From Meyerozyma guilliermondii (lineage: Eukaryota), in contig CP128818.1 of assembly GCA_051546255.1 (NCBI GenBank), forward strand, positions 620,001 to 684,000: 64,000 nucleotides of DNA. Reading direction: 5' to 3'. Below the pieces are notes generated by a model, which worked only from the letters and a program-made list of their open reading frames with translations, was not told where the DNA came from and searched no databases. Shown piece by piece: positions 52,893 through 63,592 of this stretch; position 1 is the stretch's first letter, and each line of letters begins with the position of its first letter. Made by a program: the position numbers and the translations under genes.

Positions 52893-53100
52893 GGGATGCG
52901 AGAGTGGAAAGTATAAGAAATGAAGAAAGTGGAGTGATTTGATTCTTCGCCAAAGAACGTTGTACAGGAACGAGCGCGTGTTGCGGCGTTGCGAGATGCG
53001 AATGAAGAATGAATCTACTGGTGTAAGGTGTGACAGAAAATCTAAAAATCGTAGAGGAGCTTCCGGTAGCATTAATACATCGTAACTACATTCATTTCCC

Positions 53101-55611
53101 TCACTGAGGTGGGGGGTATGAATAACCATACGGCGCAGCCATCTGAAAATAGCCATTTTGTCCATACATCCCATTGGCTAGAGGCTGGCCCTGAAATTGA
53201 CCAGGAACTTGTCCGTGCATATATCCCGGTGGAGGAGGAGGCGGAACTCCGTGGGGATTATTGACAGGAAATGGGTTGAAATATGGCTGGGGATGTGGTA
53301 CTGCGTGTCCAGTTAGAGGCTGCTGAAGAGGCGCCTGAAGAGGCTGCTGAAAATGGCCCTGGTGCATAGCGCCAATATACCCCATTTCTGGTGTTGGAAA
53401 TTGTGGAGCTGGGGCTGAATGAGGTTGGAGGGGTGTCGCCATTATAGGTCCACTGGAAGTCGAAATTCCATCAGTAGATTTGGCGTCAGTAGACTTCCCA
53501 TCCGAATCTTCAACCAAATTGCTAACCATCTTGTCCATCGTTTCCTCACGTTTTTCCACAGGTGCCTTCTCGGCTATTTCGCTCTGCAACATGTTGGTGT
53601 GGTTACGAATCACAGCTTCAATATCATCGATGCCTTTAGTAGGTTCAATTGCTCTTGGTGCTTGCACAGGCTGTACATTTTCAGCTCCTGTCTCAGGCTG
53701 ACCCAGAACCTTTTTAAGCACCTTGACTGGTTTCCGGGCTATGGTGATACCAGCTTGAGGTTGCTTACTCTGCTTCACATCTTTCACTTTACCTTTCTCC
53801 ATTTTCTTCTTGCTCTTCTTGCTCTCAGGGACCACTTCCAATGCAACAAACCGTAACTGAGACTCGTCGAACTTGACGGCTTTACTCTTTTGTAACAACT
53901 TTCTCCAAAGTAGAACAACTGCGAGCGCACGCTGACTAGTATTTTCGATCCGTTCATCCTCTGTGATCTCGGTTTTGCCCATTAACAAATCGACTGAACC
54001 ACTCGAAAAAAGATCGTCGTCATTGAAATCTTTGAACTGGTACTTGATGGGCAGAAAATCTTTGAAGACAACATCCTCTGTGTAATAATACGAACGAGTT
54101 GGTTTCAGGTTGGTTCTCACTGATTCGTGAATCCAGTCACATTTAGACAAGATCTCGTTGAAGGGAGAACATAAGGAGACGACCATAGCAGCGTCACGGA
54201 AAAAGTATTTTGCAAATGGCTTGTTTTCTTTGATATACGCCAAAGCGAGTCTCAAGAATACTAAAGAGCCTTCAAACCCTTCCGTCTTTAAATCAATACT
54301 TTCAACGAGTGCAAGAAAGCCACTGATGTAAAGTTTGGTAAGCCTGAAAAGCTTCTGGTTATTGTTCTCATTCAACAACTCGCTGAACATGATGAGCAAC
54401 AGTAATGAATGTACGTAATGATTGATATACTCACTGCTCGTTGACATCAATTGCTGAAAATGCGACTGAGAAAACTCAAACGACAAGTACTCACGCTCCA
54501 CATTATCGTATGTTTCGTTGCCATACAATAGTTCACCATGACGATATCTCTGAGGAAAGTAATGATACCCGATCAAATTGAGTAGCACTATTTGAGAAGT
54601 AAGATGCAAATCACCGCCCTGCCATTTGCTCTTAAATGCGTCACCTAATTGGTCCTGAAACCAACTTTTGACCATAATAGATTCGAGATTCTTTAAACCC
54701 AAATCGTAGTTTGGGATACGAGTGAAACGTGAACGTAAAAACCAATAGCATGCTTCCACCTTGTTGCCCACTATGTTGTGAATCATTCCAATGTGATTAT
54801 ATGGTTCGTGGAGCGTGGGCAAAAGCATAATGCAGAGTTTGTAAAAATTCATGGACGGTTCATGCGCAGAATAACTCTGATCCTTGCACTCGTTAATGAG
54901 TTGCAAGTCTTTGGCAGTCTTATGTTTCATCTGGTCCCTAGCCTTATATAGACGATATTTTTGAAACATCTTCTGCGACGAGCACAGTAAGACGTAGTTA
55001 ATCTCGTTAAACGCACGATGCCGAGACAAATCGCCTAGACAGAGCAAACACCTATGAATCAAAAAAGTCAAATTTGCTTGGACATTTGCATTGGTGCTAT
55101 CGATGGCAGCTGAAGGCACGATAAACCCAAAATGGGTAAGAAAGTGCAGAGGAAGAAGTGGGTTCTTAAAATGCGTCAGAAAATGCTTCAAGAGAGCCAT
55201 GTAGAAAGAACGGAATTGCTGAACCACCTTCAAAAAAGCTTCGTTAATCTTGCGAATTTCCACCGACTTCAACTTGAAAGAGGTCTTTTCATTTTGGCAT
55301 TTTTTGAACTCCTGCAAATTTTGATTATAGTATTCAGCGTGATGCGACTGAAAGAACTTGATTATTGGATAATGAATTTCGGACCACAAAAACTCAAAGT
55401 ACTTGATGGTGACAAAGTCCACATCTTCTCCTGCTTGGGCGCAGTCGAAGTATCTGTTAAAATCAGCAAGAATCCATGATTGGAGCTTCGACTGGAGCAG
55501 ATTGGTGAACCCCAAGATGAGCGATTGGTCGATATTCTTGCGGCTGAGGTACTCCTCAAGCTGCTTTTTGTATACAGAGGTTTCCTGCTGCTTGAAGAAC
55601 GGCGCTGTCAT
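53101..55611 (-). CDS. Est1/Ebs1 (SMG5-7-like) TPR/14-3-3-like protein with Pro/Gln-rich tail
   Basis: CLLCLGDLSRHR, PYNHIGMI..ACYWFLRS; low-complexity tail is more Ebs1-like; first ATG at 55611. Confidence 0.82.
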   Translation of the reverse strand: MTAPFFKQQETSVYKKQLEEYLSRKNIDQSLILGFTNLLQSKLQSWILADFNRYFDCAQAGEDVDFVTIKYFEFLWSEIHYPIIKFFQSHHAEYYNQNLQEFKKCQNEKTSFKLKSVEIRKINEAFLKVVQQFRSFYMALLKHFLTHFKNPLLPLHFLTHFGFIVPSAAIDSTNANVQANLTFLIHRCLLCLGDLSRHRAFNEINYVLLCSSQKMFQKYRLYKARDQMKHKTAKDLQLINECKDQSYSAHEPSMNFYKLCIMLLPTLHEPYNHIGMIHNIVGNKVEACYWFLRSRFTRIPNYDLGLKNLESIMVKSWFQDQLGDAFKSKWQGGDLHLTSQIVLLNLIGYHYFPQRYRHGELLYGNETYDNVEREYLSFEFSQSHFQQLMSTSSEYINHYVHSLLLLIMFSELLNENNNQKLFRLTKLYISGFLALVESIDLKTEGFEGSLVFLRLALAYIKENKPFAKYFFRDAAMVVSLCSPFNEILSKCDWIHESVRTNLKPTRSYYYTEDVVFKDFLPIKYQFKDFNDDDLFSSGSVDLLMGKTEITEDERIENTSQRALAVVLLWRKLLQKSKAVKFDESQLRFVALEVVPESKKSKKKMEKGKVKDVKQSKQPQAGITIARKPVKVLKKVLGQPETGAENVQPVQAPRAIEPTKGIDDIEAVIRNHTNMLQSEIAEKAPVEKREETMDKMVSNLVEDSDGKSTDAKSTDGISTSSGPIMATPLQPHSAPAPQFPTPEMGYIGAMHQGHFQQPLQAPLQQPLTGHAVPHPQPYFNPFPVNNPHGVPPPPPPGYMHGQVPGQFQGQPLANGMYGQNGYFQMAAPYGYSYPPPQ

Positions 55612-55835
55612 TAATTGTCTGAGGTTATTGAACAAAAAAAGGCATGCAGATCATCCTAGGGTAGCTCCCGTACAAAAATGCGTGGAGAAAAATTTCATAC
55701 ATCCACAAAGCACCTGGTGCACTGGATGCACACTGTTAGCGAAACTCGGTGGTGGCAATCGAGTGGAATATAAAATAGGGCGGCCGCCGCCAGATTTGTA
55801 ACGTTTACCTGAAAACATCCCGGTGTCAAATAATC

Positions 55836-56315
55836 ATGACACAAGAAGAAGAAGATGCCCCCGCACCAGTCAAGGTTTATGTGTATGATCTATCTCATGG
55901 ACTTGCAGCCGTGTATGCACCTGCAATACTAGGAATTCCTCTTGATGGAATCTACCACACTTCCACTGTTGTTCATGGCAAAGAATATTATATCGACCAA
56001 GGAATAAAGGAAGCAAGTCCGGGAACAACCAAATACGGCACGCCACGAGAGGTGATAGATATGGGTGAGACCTATGTCACCAAAGACATACTTGACGATT
56101 TCTTGCAAGAGCTTCATGTTAGGGAAGACAAAAAGTACCACGCAAGCAAATATGATCTTTTCGACAATAATTGTAACCATTTCACAGATACGATGCTTGA
56201 GTTTTTAACTGGTTCCCATTTGGAAGATCGTATTCTAGGGTTGCCACAGCGAGTGTTGGCTTCACCTAATGGTATGATCTTGAGACAGATGATAGGAGGT
56301 GGTGCTATAGCCTAG
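55836..56315 (+). CDS. PPPDE/DeSI-family peptidase
   Basis: VYVYDLS, GIYHTSTVV (catalytic His), YDLFDNNCNHF (catalytic Cys). Confidence 0.92.
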   Translation: MTQEEEDAPAPVKVYVYDLSHGLAAVYAPAILGIPLDGIYHTSTVVHGKEYYIDQGIKEASPGTTKYGTPREVIDMGETYVTKDILDDFLQELHVREDKKYHASKYDLFDNNCNHFTDTMLEFLTGSHLEDRILGLPQRVLASPNGMILRQMIGGGAIA

Positions 56316-56652
56316 ATTAGAATAGACCATCATGATATAATGAACAGAAGAAACTGGTATGAAACTTAATGAGACGAAACCTAAACTAATTTTTTTGTTT
56401 AAGCTTTAATGCACTTTTCAGGAACAAGACCCCAATCGCAAAAATAGAGGAAAAAGCGCTTACGAATTGCCGTAAGTCTGCCCTTATAAACATCCTCGTA
56501 TTACAGAACTTGGGCGCCCAACCCGTTTAGGAAATGCAGCCAACCTGCACAGAGCCCCGCAGGGTTGTCCCCTAGATCCACATTTGCAACCACCAACTAT
56601 AAATTTGGCACTTCCCCCTTTTACCCTTTTTCTCCTTCTATTTTTCGACAAC

Positions 56653-57669
56653 ATGCAACAAAACAAGAACTCCTATGCCTCCAATACTTTTGGTAACAAT
56701 TTCGGTAACAATAATTATGCCTCAAGTGTTTATAGCTCATATCCTAGCCCGGGCGTTTCTGTATACTCGCCAACTTCCACCAATGATTTGAAAAACGCCA
56801 ACGATTCTGGCCACGTTTGGGGACAAAATCCCTTGAAGGTGCAAAACTACTCCCACTCTATTTGGGACCAGAAGCTTCCTGCCTCACAAATGAACATGAA
56901 TGCTCCTAGCTACTTTCCTTCCGCTGAATCCAATGCTACCTCCACAAACAACACAAGTGCCCCTGCTGCAAGCGATTTGATGCACAGTAGTACATCAAAA
57001 AGCCTTCTTCCTCGGTCGTTTCTTAATGGCGATGATGAGCTTGATTTTGGCGGTTCCGAACAGAACTATCGCCCCCGGTCCAGTTACACGTCACCATCGT
57101 CGAATCAGGTCTCAAATAGCACCATCAACACTCTGCCCACCTACACCCACAGGACATCTTGCGTGACTGTTCGTTCTGATACAGACTTAATGGAACGGGA
57201 TACCTCCAAGCTTAAGAACGAGTTAGCATTGAAGGAACAACTCATCAAATCTCTTACGGCTCAAATCGAAGCAATGAAGACGTTGCGCAAACAACAATTG
57301 GACTCCATGGAACTGGAGAAAGACGATACTGCGTCGCCTGGAACTTTGGTGCTCCCTGAAAATTACAAACAGCTATTCAATGAAACCTACAAAACACTTA
57401 CGAAAACAAAGAACGAATTGAACCACACCAAGGACATGTTAGAGGCCATTGTGGTTGGTGTTGCACTTGGAGGCGCAACAGGCAATCCAACCATTTCTGG
57501 GCAACATGACCCTCAGGAGCTCGGACATAAAATTGTCACTAAAATCTCCATGTTACAGACTGAGAATGAACAGCTTCTTCGAATGGTGAGTCTTGGAAAT
57601 CGCCTGGGACTTTTGGCAGAAATTGGACTTCTACGCAAGGAAAATGAGGCTCTCAAAATGAAAAATTGA
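56653..57669 (+). CDS. MUM2: Mum2 (WTAP-like subunit of the m6A methyltransferase complex)
   Basis: C-terminal G.HDPQELGHKIVTKISMLQTENEQLLRMVSLG..EIGLLRKEN resembles the Mum2 C-terminus; N/S-rich N-terminus. Confidence 0.72.
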   Translation: MQQNKNSYASNTFGNNFGNNNYASSVYSSYPSPGVSVYSPTSTNDLKNANDSGHVWGQNPLKVQNYSHSIWDQKLPASQMNMNAPSYFPSAESNATSTNNTSAPAASDLMHSSTSKSLLPRSFLNGDDELDFGGSEQNYRPRSSYTSPSSNQVSNSTINTLPTYTHRTSCVTVRSDTDLMERDTSKLKNELALKEQLIKSLTAQIEAMKTLRKQQLDSMELEKDDTASPGTLVLPENYKQLFNETYKTLTKTKNELNHTKDMLEAIVVGVALGGATGNPTISGQHDPQELGHKIVTKISMLQTENEQLLRMVSLGNRLGLLAEIGLLRKENEALKMKN

Positions 57670-57814
57670 GACCACCATTCTTCCTCTATTGTTATATATT
57701 GCACAATAGCTTACTGCCAATTCAACTGACTTCTTGTACCCATTCGCGCTATTAAAAAACTGCATATAAACCATCCAAAGGTGTTGAAATTTCTGGTTCT
57801 CACAATCAACACTG

Positions 57815-59131
57815 ATGGTATACACAGCACCAGCGGTGGTGATCGACAATGGATCGCACACCACCAAGGCAGGATTTGCCCTGGAGGATCTCCCCTCACT
57901 CGTTTTCAGCTCCAATTACGCTGTGGATTCCGAAGGTAAAGTTATAGTAGGCGACGAGGAAATATCGAGTCGGCCCGATTGTAAAGTGATGACTTTAATG
58001 GATAACGGATTGATATACAACTTTGAAAACATCACGCATAACTGGGAATATATTTACAAACATATGGATAACCAAAATGGAGTCGATCCTAAAGAATATC
58101 CATTGATGATAACACAACATGATTGGAACACACCAAAAAACAAAATGGCGACGGCTCAAATTGCATTTGAAACTTTGCAGGTACCTATTTTTTCGCTTGT
58201 CAAGACGCCATTGGTCCAATTGTACCATGTAGGCAAATCAACAGGTTTGGTCATAGATGTTGGTTCGTCGAATGCTACTGTCACACCAATTCTCGATGGT
58301 ATAATTCAATCCAAGTCTTCGTTTTCATCCAAATTTGCAGGTGATTTTGCCAATTTACACGCCCTCAACTACTTACAGAAATATGGTGGGCTTGATGCCC
58401 TTTTACCCAAACGGTTTCTGTCAACCAAGGCAACCGAGTCTTTCAAGAACTACCAGATATCACACTATGCCCTTGAGGATTTCAAGTTATCGATGCTTTC
58501 AGTTGCAGAGGGCGCTGCTAATCAGTACCAATACCCAGTGACTCCAAAATCTTACCAACTCCCCAATGGCTCTCATGTCTCTGTCTACCGAGAACAGATA
58601 GACTTGATGGAATCGTTGTTTCAACCACAACTTTATCAAATTCCTGGTGTCGCTATTCCAGAACCCGCAATGGACAAACCGCTGACCCACGGTATAATCA
58701 CGTTGATCTTGTCGTCTTTGAAAACCCTCGAAGGCTCTCTTGCTGGGGAACATCAAACTCCCAACAAATTTGGTGAAGTATTGCGCGAGCTTTGTGGTAA
58801 TATATTGATCACCGGTGGCTCGTCTCTTACTACTGGGTTCTCACAGAGAATATTAAATGACCTTTACCGTTCCGCTGGGCAACTTTTCGCACCTCAATTG
58901 CAAGGCAGAAACATCACGTTTGGCACTTTGGGCAACCATCATATCGGAGATATTCAGGATACATGGGATCGTAAGTTTAGTGCTTGGAAAGGTGCCACGA
59001 ATTTGGCCAGCATGTTGAACGATTACAACGGGGAGGCCGATAACCTCAACATTGCTCTCGAAAACTGGTTTGTGACCAAAAGCGATTATGAGGAAATGGG
59101 TGAGGATTTGATCTTAGAAAAGTTTAAGTAA
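57815..59131 (+). CDS. ARP7: Nuclear actin-related protein, most like Arp7 (SWI/SNF, RSC)
   Basis: AVVIDNGS, GLVIDVGS..VTPILDG, NILITGGSS, WFVTKSDYEE.G. Confidence 0.75.
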   Translation: MVYTAPAVVIDNGSHTTKAGFALEDLPSLVFSSNYAVDSEGKVIVGDEEISSRPDCKVMTLMDNGLIYNFENITHNWEYIYKHMDNQNGVDPKEYPLMITQHDWNTPKNKMATAQIAFETLQVPIFSLVKTPLVQLYHVGKSTGLVIDVGSSNATVTPILDGIIQSKSSFSSKFAGDFANLHALNYLQKYGGLDALLPKRFLSTKATESFKNYQISHYALEDFKLSMLSVAEGAANQYQYPVTPKSYQLPNGSHVSVYREQIDLMESLFQPQLYQIPGVAIPEPAMDKPLTHGIITLILSSLKTLEGSLAGEHQTPNKFGEVLRELCGNILITGGSSLTTGFSQRILNDLYRSAGQLFAPQLQGRNITFGTLGNHHIGDIQDTWDRKFSAWKGATNLASMLNDYNGEADNLNIALENWFVTKSDYEEMGEDLILEKFK

Positions 59132-59181
59132 ATGTACACTAGACACAAAAGAAAAGCTTAATTTATGTACCTTAAATCTAT

Positions 59182-60678
59182 TTACTTAACCCACGATACG
59201 TATTTATTATCGTACTTTGAGCTTTCTCCATGAATTGCCAAGATGCGCTCCACTTTTTGCTGAACACCAACCTTGTTATTTGTCGCCCTTTGAAAGTGTT
59301 TGACCACTTCAGCAGGGGTGGGCAAATAAGACCGGTTGGATCCGTCATTGCCAGTCACATAGTCTTCAACCTGCTTGGCGCTAGGCAAACCCATATGGTG
59401 AGGATATTCCTTGTAGTTTACGCCAAAAAATTTCTGAAGAAGTGGGTGGCTCAACTTGGCAGTATGGATCGAGGAGTCGAGAAGCTTTTCAACGTGCTCT
59501 TTCGAGATCTCGCTCACGTTAGGATGCTTATACCAATTGGGGAATGCAGGCTCTTTGACCTTGTCAATCAACTTGTGGCTCACACCCAAAACGAAGTCGT
59601 TTTGTTCAGGCCTCAAATGCATGATATTGGTAGCGGCAATCATCTCCAATTCAAGTTGTGCACGGATTGTGTTTTCAGCTCCACGAATCATCAATTCAAG
59701 CGCCACTTTAAGCGAGGTAGGCGACTTGGTCATCAATGTCTTTTTAGTTTGAAGAGCAAAGTCGCTGCCATCTTGATCCAACAGAGCCAAAATCTCCTCC
59801 ACGGTATTTTTGGAGAACGCATTCTTGATAGTCTTTTGCTGTTCCACGGTCAATGGGTTTTCGTCAATGCTGGTGGCAGCAAATTCTTCAATTGCAGAAT
59901 TGACTTGAGCAAAGAATTCACGCTGGGATGAAACGGTAGACGAGTGGTTGTCGGCAGGTTTCTGATCATTGAGAGCTGGGGGCTGCAAGTTTGCAAGCCT
60001 TGTAGCAAGCTGGTCAAGTCTGTCAGAGGTGACATAGTGGGTTGCGAAGCCAGCGTAATAAGCTTCGACTCCGCTCATCACCTTACCGGTCATGGCATAA
60101 AAGCGACCCAAGTTGTCGTCCAACCGAGGTAAGAAGAAAGTGGTACCAACGTCTGGGAAAAAACCAATGTCCATCTCAGGCATAGCTAACTTTGTGCGTT
60201 CAGTTGCAATTCTGAACGGACCATGGACCGACAAACCCACACCACCTCCCATGGTGATACCATCCATGAACGACACATAAGGCTTTGGATAGGTGGCTAT
60301 CAAGTAGTTAAGATTGTATTCCTGCTGGAAAAAATCACTGGCATAGCCGGGGTTAGATTCATTCTTGATCTGAGAAGCACATTCGGCCACATCTCCACCA
60401 GCACACAAACCTTTTGGAGAGTTGGAATTGAGCAACACCATATTGGCCACAGAACTTTTTGAATATTCCACAAGACGAGGAGCTATCTTCAGCACCATCA
60501 GTGTATTGAGTGAATTGAGCTTCTTGGGCCGATTAAGAGTAACCACCCGTGCCAAGTCACGGTTGGAAAAAAGTACATCATCTTCAGCGTGAGCAGCTGC
60601 CATGTTTGAAACAGAAAAAGACCTCAAGGATGTACGAGTTACACCACGAGTAACACCCTTATTAGTGATACGAAGCAT
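59182..60678 (-). CDS. EHD3: 3-hydroxyisobutyryl-CoA hydrolase-like / mitoribosomal mS47
   Basis: LNRPKKLNSLN, CAGGDV, MDGITMGGGVGLS, AMPEMDIGFFPDVG; presequence. Confidence 0.93.
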   Translation of the reverse strand: MLRITNKGVTRGVTRTSLRSFSVSNMAAAHAEDDVLFSNRDLARVVTLNRPKKLNSLNTLMVLKIAPRLVEYSKSSVANMVLLNSNSPKGLCAGGDVAECASQIKNESNPGYASDFFQQEYNLNYLIATYPKPYVSFMDGITMGGGVGLSVHGPFRIATERTKLAMPEMDIGFFPDVGTTFFLPRLDDNLGRFYAMTGKVMSGVEAYYAGFATHYVTSDRLDQLATRLANLQPPALNDQKPADNHSSTVSSQREFFAQVNSAIEEFAATSIDENPLTVEQQKTIKNAFSKNTVEEILALLDQDGSDFALQTKKTLMTKSPTSLKVALELMIRGAENTIRAQLELEMIAATNIMHLRPEQNDFVLGVSHKLIDKVKEPAFPNWYKHPNVSEISKEHVEKLLDSSIHTAKLSHPLLQKFFGVNYKEYPHHMGLPSAKQVEDYVTGNDGSNRSYLPTPAEVVKHFQRATNNKVGVQQKVERILAIHGESSKYDNKYVSWVK

Positions 60679-60835
60679 ATGGGGTACTTAAATGCCGGAA
60701 CTGTGCAGGAGAAAGCGTTTCCACGGATGAAACTCCCCGCTTTCTGTGGTTTTTCAGGACCTTACCCGGCTGGGTGTGCAGATGAGAAACTCGGTGAGAG
60801 TGGAACAGATCAATGTGCAGTACGACTGGGTGCAA

Positions 60836-62332
60836 CTACTTGTCCTTCCATAATGTGTATCTGTTGACCAATTGGCATTCTACTCTGTTCTGATCATCGA
60901 CTTCGGTTGGAATTTTGTACTGGTACATGGTACCACTTTGATACGATGCCAAAAATACAAATTGATTGGTGATGCCAATTTCCATGTGAGCACCGTCTGG
61001 CTTGTGCTCTGCTAGCTTAACAAAGGCAAATGAACGCCTAGGTGGTTCCCAGATCAAATTCTCTAGGTAGTTCTTATATGGAAGCTTTTTCATGAATGTC
61101 TTTGTATAGTGGTTGTTGATCAACTTGGAGCTCTTACCAAGGGTCTTGAGATGGGTGTATATGTTTTCATCATTTTCTTTTTGCTCTTGGTCAGGGTTTG
61201 TTAAGAGAAGACTCTTGAGGTTATCGTTAAGATCTGATGACGATCCTTCACTTTCGGAATCAGGGTTAGCATCGGTACCATCCCCATTGGAGCTTGAACC
61301 AGCCATTGGAGATTTGCCTATTGAAAATAGATGAACAGTTCCACTTTTAGAACCACAACCCAAGATGGTGCCATCTGCGCTGAATGCTAACGATGTGATC
61401 TTGGTTGGTTGGTGTCCACGCCGCAAGTTGGTTACTTGATGAAGATGTAAATCGTCGCCATTCTTTGCTACACGACTCACTCGTACAATAGTGCCCTTTG
61501 TCAGCGCTGTTGCAATGCTGGCACCGTCGTTAGAGACTCTTATCTTTGCTAGCGGAGAATCGTGGGCTTTAAAAATGAGCCGTGGTCGCAACTCGAGAGT
61601 GTCATACACCATGATCCAACCTGGCGAATCCTTGTGGATTTCTTCAAGTGTGAGTCCAGGATGTTTAAGTTTATCTGACTGGTTCTTGCTGGTGATATCT
61701 ATGAGGTCAGCAAGCTGAGGGGTGGATTTGTTGGAAGTGGAATCGCATTTTGTCTCAGCATCGGTTCCTGCCGAGGTGAGATTGAAAAGATCCGTTTGTT
61801 TGATGACGGAGGACATGGGTAGAACCAAGTAGGAGCAATCATCCGGAGCCAAGTCTCCCACAAAGCTATGATCGGGATCTAGTTCTAGTACTTTCACTAA
61901 TCTAACGCATCCCAAGTCGTAGATGAACAACTGACCTGATGACAAAAGAACACACAACCGCTTTCTATTGAGTCTTACACCGACTATACCCACCGGAAAG
62001 GTCAATTCACAGATTTTAAGCCGTTGTTTAAGATTGAATATGCGCATCAACCGGTCTCCTGAAGGCTGACCCAGCTGGGGAATTATTATAGTTAAGGAAG
62101 TGGAAAATAGCAACTTGACAGACGCGGTTGGACTTGAAGTTGAAGCTCCAGAAGACGAATCCACGCCGTTATCATGGTCGTTGGAAGTTGAACTAGAATT
62201 CTTTGGGCCACGAGCCGAGCCCTTGCTGGAATAAAATTCACCGAAAGGATCGCAATTATAGATGCTGTATCCCGTAGACGTGGCTACCGAGACACAGGTG
62301 GCGTCCTGGTTGAAACAAAGGTCATTTATCAT
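60836..62332 (-). CDS. ATG21: PROPPIN beta-propeller autophagy protein, Atg21-like
   Basis: FNQDATC..YNCDPF, LFSTSL, ICELTFP, KAHDS, LRRG phosphoinositide motif; ATG at 62332. Confidence 0.8.
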   Translation of the reverse strand: MINDLCFNQDATCVSVATSTGYSIYNCDPFGEFYSSKGSARGPKNSSSTSNDHDNGVDSSSGASTSSPTASVKLLFSTSLTIIIPQLGQPSGDRLMRIFNLKQRLKICELTFPVGIVGVRLNRKRLCVLLSSGQLFIYDLGCVRLVKVLELDPDHSFVGDLAPDDCSYLVLPMSSVIKQTDLFNLTSAGTDAETKCDSTSNKSTPQLADLIDITSKNQSDKLKHPGLTLEEIHKDSPGWIMVYDTLELRPRLIFKAHDSPLAKIRVSNDGASIATALTKGTIVRVSRVAKNGDDLHLHQVTNLRRGHQPTKITSLAFSADGTILGCGSKSGTVHLFSIGKSPMAGSSSNGDGTDANPDSESEGSSSDLNDNLKSLLLTNPDQEQKENDENIYTHLKTLGKSSKLINNHYTKTFMKKLPYKNYLENLIWEPPRRSFAFVKLAEHKPDGAHMEIGITNQFVFLASYQSGTMYQYKIPTEVDDQNRVECQLVNRYTLWKDK

Positions 62333-62510
62333 CGATTGTGTGGGGGAGGGTTCGGGTTTCGCAGAACAGGACAAGTGATGAGACAATATACAGAACACCA
62401 GAGATGGTATTGATAAGAGCAAATATTAGCTTTTTGATAGCAAGGTTTTTAATAGCAAGGGTAGACAAGATTTGATAGCAAGATGTTCCCGTACTTCTAT
62501 AAACTGCCCA

Positions 62511-63344
62511 TTACTCGTCCACTTCTTCGAGGACAACTCTGCGTTGGGTGGCATTTGCGTTAGAGGTCGAGGCTCCAGTAGTAGTACCGGTTGCAGTGTC
62601 AGAGGGTTGAGAAGTGGCTCTTTTCTTCTTTGATTTCTTTGCCTTTTTCTTGTCTTCCTCCCACGCATACAAGGGCTTGAAACTCTCAATCACTCCGCAA
62701 TCAGCAAATAAGTTGGGGTACAACCAGAACGCCTGTTTCATCGTCAATAACGTCACCACATATATGATGAGACGAACAAAGGCAATGGCGAAAAATAAAC
62801 CAATGAGCCCAAGCAAACCCATGGACAAGTACCATACGCCCAACTTCATTTTTGCAGGCCAGAGGGGGAAGAGGATCACGGCGAACGCACCGGCCAAGAT
62901 CAAAAATCCGTAAAGCATCATGTATGGGTTTGGCTTGGTGTAGTTCCATACGTAATAAGCATTAGGATCAAGGTTAGCCCTGGTGGTTGGCTTCAACGTG
63001 GGTTTATTACGGTCTGGTTTCCAACCTCTATACTGCTTAACTTCAGCGTAATGAAGCTTTTCCACCGGGGTCACTATTTGGTTTTGAACCAACTGAATGA
63101 AAATTCTGGCAGCTTCTTGGTCGCTCTCAATGGGAATAAGCTCGTTCTTTGGATTACTCTGTTTTTTCTTATAATCTTCAGATGTGAGTGCCCGAATGAT
63201 TCGCTTGAACCTGAAAAAGTCCACGTCATTGGTATTATTCAAGAGACCAGTTCTCATTTTCAAGATTTTGTTGTCTCTGAGGTAGTTTGCAATCTTGATG
63301 GTGGCGGTCGATCGTTGATCAGTTACGGGAACCTGAACTGACAT
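62511..63344 (-). CDS. SEC62: Translocon subunit Sec62
   Basis: VDFFRFKRIIRAL, ILFPLWP..KLGVWYLS, FWLYPNLFADCGVIESFKPLY; ATG at 63344. Confidence 0.95.
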   Translation of the reverse strand: MSVQVPVTDQRSTATIKIANYLRDNKILKMRTGLLNNTNDVDFFRFKRIIRALTSEDYKKKQSNPKNELIPIESDQEAARIFIQLVQNQIVTPVEKLHYAEVKQYRGWKPDRNKPTLKPTTRANLDPNAYYVWNYTKPNPYMMLYGFLILAGAFAVILFPLWPAKMKLGVWYLSMGLLGLIGLFFAIAFVRLIIYVVTLLTMKQAFWLYPNLFADCGVIESFKPLYAWEEDKKKAKKSKKKRATSQPSDTATGTTTGASTSNANATQRRVVLEEVDE

Positions 63345-63592
63345 GTTGAACGTGGAGGTGTGAGTGTTAAGAAATAAAGATGCAACGCGGCGAGAAGTGA
63401 TAATGAGTGTGCAGGAATGGAGTAGCAGAACAGAGAAGGTACAAGATACATGGAAGATACCAGACAAAATCTTGACCTTAATCATTATTAACTCTAAGCA
63501 AATAACTTGTTATTTTGTATTCTTGAAAAGGTTCTAAATTCCTTTACATCTATATCTAATAATCTTTTCCTGAATCTATCCTCCTTTATAGT

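Noticed and set aside
59230..59931. 233-aa antisense ORF within EHD3 and similar antisense ORFs elsewhere
   Set aside because: Fully nested opposite conserved genes with no motifs; typical codon-bias shadows
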